Below are positions 58,066 to 64,000 of a stretch of DNA of 64,000 bases, piece after piece (position 1 is the first letter of the stretch; each line of letters opens with the position of its first letter). The notes beneath the pieces were generated by a model. That model was not told the origin of the DNA. It made no database searches and saw nothing but the letters and a program-made list of their open reading frames with translations. This DNA is from TPA_inf: Saccharomyces (taxonomy: Eukaryota). A program made the translations under genes and the position numbers. The DNA is taken from positions 681,752-745,751 of the forward strand of contig BK006943.2 in assembly GCA_000146045.2 (NCBI GenBank), in the 5' to 3' direction.

Positions 58066-61000
58066 AGCTAGGTAATGGCTTTACAAGACCTGTATCTCTA
58101 TTTGTGTTAGATTTTGTGATGGTAATCTTTGCATAATAATTCCAAGAACAGGCCTCTAAGAATTACAAACAACGATTACAGATGACCCCACCTTTTTTTT
58201 ATATTCTATAGTCAACACTATCATGAACTTGTGGCATACTCATTGCATATGGCTGACAGGATGTCAAATGCTCCCTTCTACGAAAGATTCTGTGCACGTA
58301 AAACGCGGGGTGTGGAATGTCGCGATGACTCTCGAGCAGAGAAAAAGACAAACATATAACGAGCTGATTCCTCTCCAGAAGAACAAAGCCAACATTGATT
58401 CAAACTGAGGACTTAATATGATTGACTCTCTGGAAACTGCAACAGTGTGATTATAGATCAGAAATTCATGCTGTAATTTTAGTATATCGACCTGTCGCGA
58501 TGTTGCAAGCGTGACAGATCTATACATATTTCGCTAAAACTGTCGGTAAAATACCAACACGCTGCACTGCAGACCACAGATTCGAACCGAAGCATATTTT
58601 CAGAAATTTACGAGAGGTCTTTATAGTCACCAAAATATCCAAATTGAGTAATTAGAAAGAAAAAAACACACATACTGTAGTCCACAACCTGTTTACGGAC
58701 AGGTTCTGGCTGATGGGATAACCACTCTACCTGACTGCTCTCCTACTTCATATTTACCTCCCGAACAACGTGAAATCTTTTTGCTTGGAGAAAAACAAGT
58801 AAAAAGTATAAATGGAGATGAAAGATCCACCAATAAATTCCAGCTTGATTTTTCAACATATGATGACAAATGTGAGTGCTAAATCTAAGTCGTAAGACAA
58901 ATAAGAACTTTTACCATAATCAGTATCCTGGGAAAAGTGGTAGAACTACAGTTTATCAAGCTTACCCACAAAGCATTAAATATGCTCCCACAATAACCTC
59001 TGGAGTGATATAACAGGTATGACTTTCAAGTTATAGTATATTAAAGATCTTGGAATTGGGCGGTTTAGGCTTGTTCATTTCAAAGCTCGAGTAAGATTTT
59101 AGTATACTTTTCCCTATAGAAATATTTCCGACATAGATTTTTTAATATAAGCACTTCTTCCATGACATTTTGTTTCAGTTATCTCTCTTTCGTCGCTACT
59201 TGAGAAAACTATATGGTTGTACGAAAAAGAAATGGCCAAAATATTCTTTGGGCCTTATTAATCTCATTACTATTGTAAGAGTTGGCCCTTAATTTTATAG
59301 AAACACTGTTTTAAGGCCAAAAAAAAAAGATGCCAAACATAGAAAGGAAATGTCGCTTTACTTGGCTAATTGGCTCTAAATCACAGGTCTTAATACTCGA
59401 AACGCCATTGATGTACTGTGCACAATTTCCATTCCGGGTTAATTATAAAGATATCAGCGTTTATTTTCATCCATGGCAATGAAAATTGTAAAATAATCAT
59501 CATCAAAATTTGATATGGTTGCAATAGAGGGAATGATTTGATTTTTATGAGACTTATACGCATCACCCTGTATTTTTGCAATTACGGCGATTTATAAAAC
59601 TTATAACGGAATTTAAGAGTTTCATCCTACCAAGCGTAATCATAGATATAAAAATTCTATTGTGCAACTCATATTTGTCATTGAAACAGGGACTTTTCTC
59701 CGAAGTTTAATATCTAGTATGAGCTATACACCTTAACCACTCCTTACTTGTAAAGGTACGAAAAAGTTGTCGTTTTAGCGCGCACTTACTGATGGATGCT
59801 GAATCAGTATAGTGTTTGACTGCGGCAGTAAACTACTCACAGTAGCAGGCACGTACTATGGAAGTTGTTTCGAGGCGCATGATAGGAAAAAGGGTACCAA
59901 AAAGGATTAGAAGAGAAAATTTTCATAATGGGAAGTCACTGACGAGGGTTGGTGGTTATCCGTTTTAAAAAAATATTATGCAATCAAGCTACAACATCCT
60001 GTAAATTTTGTAGTAGAAAACTTCTATTATAACGGTTTCTGAATTGGCATATAAAATAGTCAAAAGGTGATCTTTAAATCAACGGTAAAAACAGTGAAGC
60101 TGGTCCTGTTGTAGAATCGCCATTTCCTTTGTGGTGATAGGTCTTTAAGTAAAGTAATGGTGAATTTAGTTAATTTGTTAACCAACGCGACTCCAGCTAA
60201 CTGAGCGCATGGTCTAATACAGTTCCGTTAGAAACATATTTTCATTTTGATGAGGTATCAGTATTTGGCGACTATTATTTGAATGCATCTGTAATCTGGA
60301 TGAATGAAACCTTTTATGAAACCAGAATTGTCCCAGCTATTATCAATGTCCGTGAATGGCTTGACCATATGGAGGCAAACGATCCTTCACCTAGTGTAAC
60401 TAACCCACTCGAAACTTCAATTATTATGCCTTTTCAACGGTAGCTCCCGCTTTAATGGAGGATATGAAAGTAGCATAAATGAATTAGAAAAGTGTATTCA
60501 CTGTTCTGGAATATACATGGTACGCAAGAGATATAAAAATTTATAATAAACGTACGTTATGCCCGAAGTGTATCCCGAACTACGGGTTAAACTAAAGCTT
60601 TTTAATTACTAGTAGGTTGGAGGTTTACCAATATGCGTTCTTCTTTAGGCCTTACATTACTGAAACAATACTGGAAAATCACTCTTATGATGCTTTTAAG
60701 TTATCACATTTAACTTTATGGCATGGCCTCCGTTTGAGCGCACGGAAAGATTTTATAGTACTTTAGTATGACTATTCGTTAGCATTGCTTTATGGTCGTA
60801 CTCGGAGTAAGAATATTTTGTGAGTGAGCTGGTAAGATGAGGATATTGTAGAATAGCATTTTTGCTCTTATGTGTATTCCTGGTATGATATATAACATTT
60901 GTGCAGCTTCTTACTGATGAATAGCATATTTCCTGTTTAAGAGAGGTAGTAGTGATTAATTAGTAATATTAGTATTACTGCATGATAAATCGCTTGATAA

Positions 61001-61096
61001 AAGTGTCCACTCGCCTTTTAAAGTCACTCAATAGAGTGTAGTATTCATATCTAACAGAATGCAAAAGTATGAATTTTTAAGTCCAGAAGGGCGTTC

Positions 61097-62248
61097 TCAT
61101 TTCTTCATTAAAGACTCTTCATTGCGGGACAATTGCGCTTCTTTAATATATGGCCATAGTTCCACATTCAATGGTAAAAGCCACATAGATTTCTTTGCAG
61201 ATAGAAGGCGGTAGAAGAAGTGGCTAAAAAACCATTCACAGTCAATCCCCTCGAAGAAAAACTCTTCATTCTTCCAGGCTTTTTTCTCAAACAAGTACCT
61301 ATTCATTTTCCTTGCAATTTCGTCCCATCCATTCGCACCACTTTCTTGCTCATTTATAATAGTCAACAAGAATTGCATCTTGTGTTCCATTTTCACGAGT
61401 AAAGCAGTCGTCCTCATATTTTGGAAAAGCCACACCATCATGAGGAAAAACAATCCAGGACACAATATACGAAATGCAAGGCAAAAATGCTGTGACACGC
61501 AGATACAGTTCAAAAAAGCAAGCCATAATGGTAGAGAGTAAATAGTGAAAATCCGCTTTAAAAACCAAGTAAGCTTGGACCGATGAATATCCTTGGGAAG
61601 CTGAACGTCTTCCAGGCCAACAGGGCTCCATGATTTTTCAGTATTAAACAACTTCCATTGTTTTTCAACTTCTCTAAAATAAACTCCCAATGCTTCTTCA
61701 ATGTAAGGGACGGAATCCTTAAATGACTTAACCTTGGCAGCTTCGTCTTTTTTCAAAGAGAAGGGTTCGAGAAGGGTTGTTCTGAACGCTTCTTGGCAGC
61801 CCATGGCATTGAAGAAAAAGTACCTAGTATTCCAAGCCTTATTTTCATATAAGTACGAATTTAGATTTGCTGCAACAACTTCCCAATCATGAGGATCAGA
61901 ACTTGGTGTGTTTTCAGTAACCTCTTTGCAAAACTGAATGAGTTGTTTCGATAAGGAACGCTTACGAGAAAGTCCACAAATAACAAGGACAAATATTGGT
62001 CCCAGAAACAGGACCAGAAGTGAAACTATAAGTGGGTAAATACAATTGTTGGAAAGTTTCCACCAGACGCTAAGTGGTAGCCATAATAGCATCCAGATCG
62101 GAAACGCTAAGGACTTGTAAATTTCATAACAAAACCAGGTAAAGCTGCTTCTGAAAAGATCTTGAGGTAGAACAATCTTTTGGGATTCGAGCTGTTTGAA
62201 GGATAATACATCTACACTCTTCTCATTTTTAAGTTCATTCTCTTTCAT
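61097..62248 (-). CDS. COS5: COS-family subtelomeric membrane protein (DUP380), 383 aa
   Basis: MKENELKNEKSVDVLSFKQLESQKIVLPQDLFRSSFTWFCYEIYKSLAFPIWMLLW... is typical of the COS/DUP380 family. 383 aa in a telomere-proximal position matches COS5 (YJR161C). Confidence 0.85.
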   Translation of the reverse strand: MKENELKNEKSVDVLSFKQLESQKIVLPQDLFRSSFTWFCYEIYKSLAFPIWMLLWLPLSVWWKLSNNCIYPLIVSLLVLFLGPIFVLVICGLSRKRSLSKQLIQFCKEVTENTPSSDPHDWEVVAANLNSYLYENKAWNTRYFFFNAMGCQEAFRTTLLEPFSLKKDEAAKVKSFKDSVPYIEEALGVYFREVEKQWKLFNTEKSWSPVGLEDVQLPKDIHRSKLTWFLKRIFTIYSLPLWLAFLNCICVSQHFCLAFRILCPGLFFLMMVWLFQNMRTTALLVKMEHKMQFLLTIINEQESGANGWDEIARKMNRYLFEKKAWKNEEFFFEGIDCEWFFSHFFYRLLSAKKSMWLLPLNVELWPYIKEAQLSRNEESLMKK

Positions 62249-63188
62249 TTTCGGTAGTGAGATGGCAGTTCGAGGGGTTTTTTATTCGAGATAGTAACTT
62301 CTGACTTTTCGCTTTTATACAGCACAGCAGAAAAAAAAAGCCGCCGAGGCGCGCGCGTTCATGCAATGGCTCAGTAACCTCGTGATAGAAAAAGGGCAAC
62401 AATATTGGGCTATTTTAGGCAAAGAAACTCAGCTATTCGAAAAGGGCATCCATTTCATTTCCGGTTTTCTATCTAGCCAACTCGATAATCGTAATAACGA
62501 ATTTACAAAACTTTAATGCGGGTACATCACGGTGTGCCGTAACTTTGGTTTACATTTAAGGTGCGACCAGCAATGTCACTGCTCGTACAGCGGTTACCGC
62601 TTGAATGAAATACATATTTTAAGCGTAGATTTCCTGTGACAAAACTGTGTAAACATCTAGTAGAAAATAGACGTAGCTGTCACAAATATTTACACAGGAA
62701 AGAGTCTGTCCTACGTATCTGACATGAAGATTCATAGAACCAAGTTACTTCCCAATGTGGACAACCTTTCGATACCATGTCAATAGCTTCCCCTTATGTT
62801 CGGTGTCACTGTAAAACGGATCAAAACAAAACCTAGAGGTACGGTGGTACTCAGATCATGCATGACCTCTGGGTAATTAGCACTTCTCCCGCTTGTTTTG
62901 AGATTCTGTATATAAATATTGCAAACAAAAGGATAGAGCGCGGATGGCAGCCCTTACAGTAAAAATTATTCGTTTTAATCATGCGTCAGTGTGAGATTCT
63001 ATGACAATAGTATGAGAAGATGGGGTGAAGTAAAAGCGTCTGTATGACTATAGAGTACAGTTATATTACAATATATGGAATAGAGCATAGTGGTATGACG
63101 ATATTAAGGAACTTTAAGTTAATGATACCATGATAGTATTAAGACGCAATTAAGTGTGTTTATGTATTATGGTTGAAGAATAGAATAT

Positions 63189-63199
63189 TTTTATGTTTA
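63189..63199 (+). promoter_or_regulatory. ARS consensus sequence (11/11 match, TTTTATGTTTA) within the X core
   Basis: An exact match to WTTTAYRTTTW, read directly from the sequence. Confidence 0.7.
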
Positions 63200-63408
63200 G
63201 GTGATTTTAGTGGTGATTTTTTTGTAATATTGGCATAAGTGTATATAAATTGAGTGGTTAGTATACGGTGTAAAAGTGGTATAACGTATGTATTAAGAGC
63301 AGTTATACAATATTTGGGGCCGCCGAATGAGATATAGATATTAAAATGTGGATAATCGTGGGAGTTATGGGTAAATGGCACAGGGTATAGACCGCTGAGG
63401 CAAGTGCC

Positions 63409-63421
63409 GTGCATAATGATG
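63409..63421 (-). promoter_or_regulatory. Abf1 binding-site match (CGTGCATAATGAT, the reverse complement of RTCRYNNNNNACG) within the X core
   Basis: Exact consensus match. Together with the ACS it is characteristic of core X. Confidence 0.6.
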
Positions 63422-63599
63422 CGAGTGCATTTGGTACTGATGGTGAGAGATGGGTGATGGAGTGGAATGTGAGAGTAGGGTAAGTTTGAGAGTGGTATAT
63501 ACTGTAGCATCCGTGTGCATATGCCATATCAGTATACAAGTGCAAGTGAGTATGGCATGTGGTGGTGGGATTAGAGTGGTAGGGTAAGTATATGTGTAT

Positions 63600-63912
63600 T
63601 ATTTACGATTATTTGTTAACGTTTCAATATGGAGGGTAGAACAACAGTACAGTGAGTAGGACATGGTGGATGGTAGGGTAATAGTAGGGTAATGGTAGTG
63701 GAGTTGGATATGGGTAATTGGAGGGTAACGGTTATGGTGGACGGTGGATGGTAGTAGTAAGTAGAGAGATGGATGGTGGTTGGGAGTGGTATAATGAAAT
63801 GGGACAGGGTAACGAGTGGGGAGGTAGGGTAATGGAGGGTACGTTAAGAGACAGGTTTATCAGGGTTGGATTAGAATAGGGTTAGGGTAGTGTTAGGGTA
63901 GTGTTAGGGTAG
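63600..63912. repeat. X-element combinatorial subtelomeric repeats (STR) with GGTAGGGTAA / TTAGGG-like (Tbf1-type) motifs
   Basis: The region is G-strand rich and carries repeated ggtagggtaa / gggttagggtagtgttagggtag motifs, which become perfect TTAGGG-containing repeats at 63878-63912. Confidence 0.7.
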
Positions 63913-64000
63913 TGTGGTGTGGTGTGTGGGTGTGGGTGTGGGTGTGTGTGTGGGTGTGGTGTGTGGGTGTGGTGTGTGGGTGTGGTGTGTGTGTGGGTGT
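63913..64000 (+). repeat. telomeric TG1-3 repeats (chromosome end; the window ends inside the tract)
   Basis: gtgtggtgtggtgtgtgggtgtgggtgtgggtgtgtgtgtgggtgtggtgtgtgggtgtgg... is irregular TG1-3 typical of S. cerevisiae telomeres. No Y' element lies between the X element and the TG tract. Confidence 0.9.

Larger units (their letters stand above)
63100..63600. other. subtelomeric X-element core (approximate boundaries)
   Basis: It contains an exact ARS consensus and an Abf1 site about 210 bp apart. It lies immediately centromere-proximal to TTAGGG-type subtelomeric repeats and TG1-3. This is the standard core-X architecture by established knowledge. Confidence 0.55.

Noticed and set aside
58560-58600. 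cggttcgaatct on the minus strand (T-loop-like)
   Set aside because: The flanking bases cannot form a T-stem or acceptor stem, so it is not a tRNA.
62488-62500. Second Abf1 consensus match (ATCGTAATAACGA) between COS5 and the X core
   Set aside because: An isolated match in AT-rich DNA outside the X core. It could be a COS5 promoter element, but a single hit is insufficient.
63160-63545. ORFs 63160..63510 (-) and 63303..63545 (-) inside the X element (YJR162C-like)
   Set aside because: They lie within the conserved non-coding core X, which contains the ACS and Abf1 site. The translations are low complexity.

Overview
This window reads as the terminal ~64 kb of the right arm of Saccharomyces cerevisiae chromosome X (S288C-like). 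Gene order and protein sequences match my recollection of YJR137C through the telomere (TEL10R). I identified genes by recalling the encoded proteins, so every gene name is recall-based. No database search was run.

Coordinates 1-27,000 are compact housekeeping DNA:
- MET5/ECM17 (5' part only, cut by the window edge), IML1, HOM6, HIR3, IPA1, YJR142W, PMT4 and MGM101.
- The intron-containing RPS4A, then HMS2, BAT2 and YJR149W.

From about 27 kb to the end the DNA is gene-poor and subtelomeric, carrying stress, nutrient and carbohydrate paralog families:
- DAN1 and DAN4, whose cell-wall mannoproteins contain long internal tandem repeats.
- DAL5, PGU1, YJR154W and AAD10, which is interrupted by an in-frame TAG.
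- THI11, HXT16, SOR1, MPH3 and COS5.
- An X element with an exact ARS consensus and an Abf1 site, then subtelomeric TTAGGG-type repeats.
- TG1-3 telomere repeats running to the last base, with no Y' element.

The ORF track appears to allow TTG and GTG starts, so several ORFs were trimmed to the first ATG. This is eukaryotic nuclear DNA with no CRISPR, operon or phage signatures. I see no convincing evidence of an undescribed system. The findings below are the observations I think merit checking.
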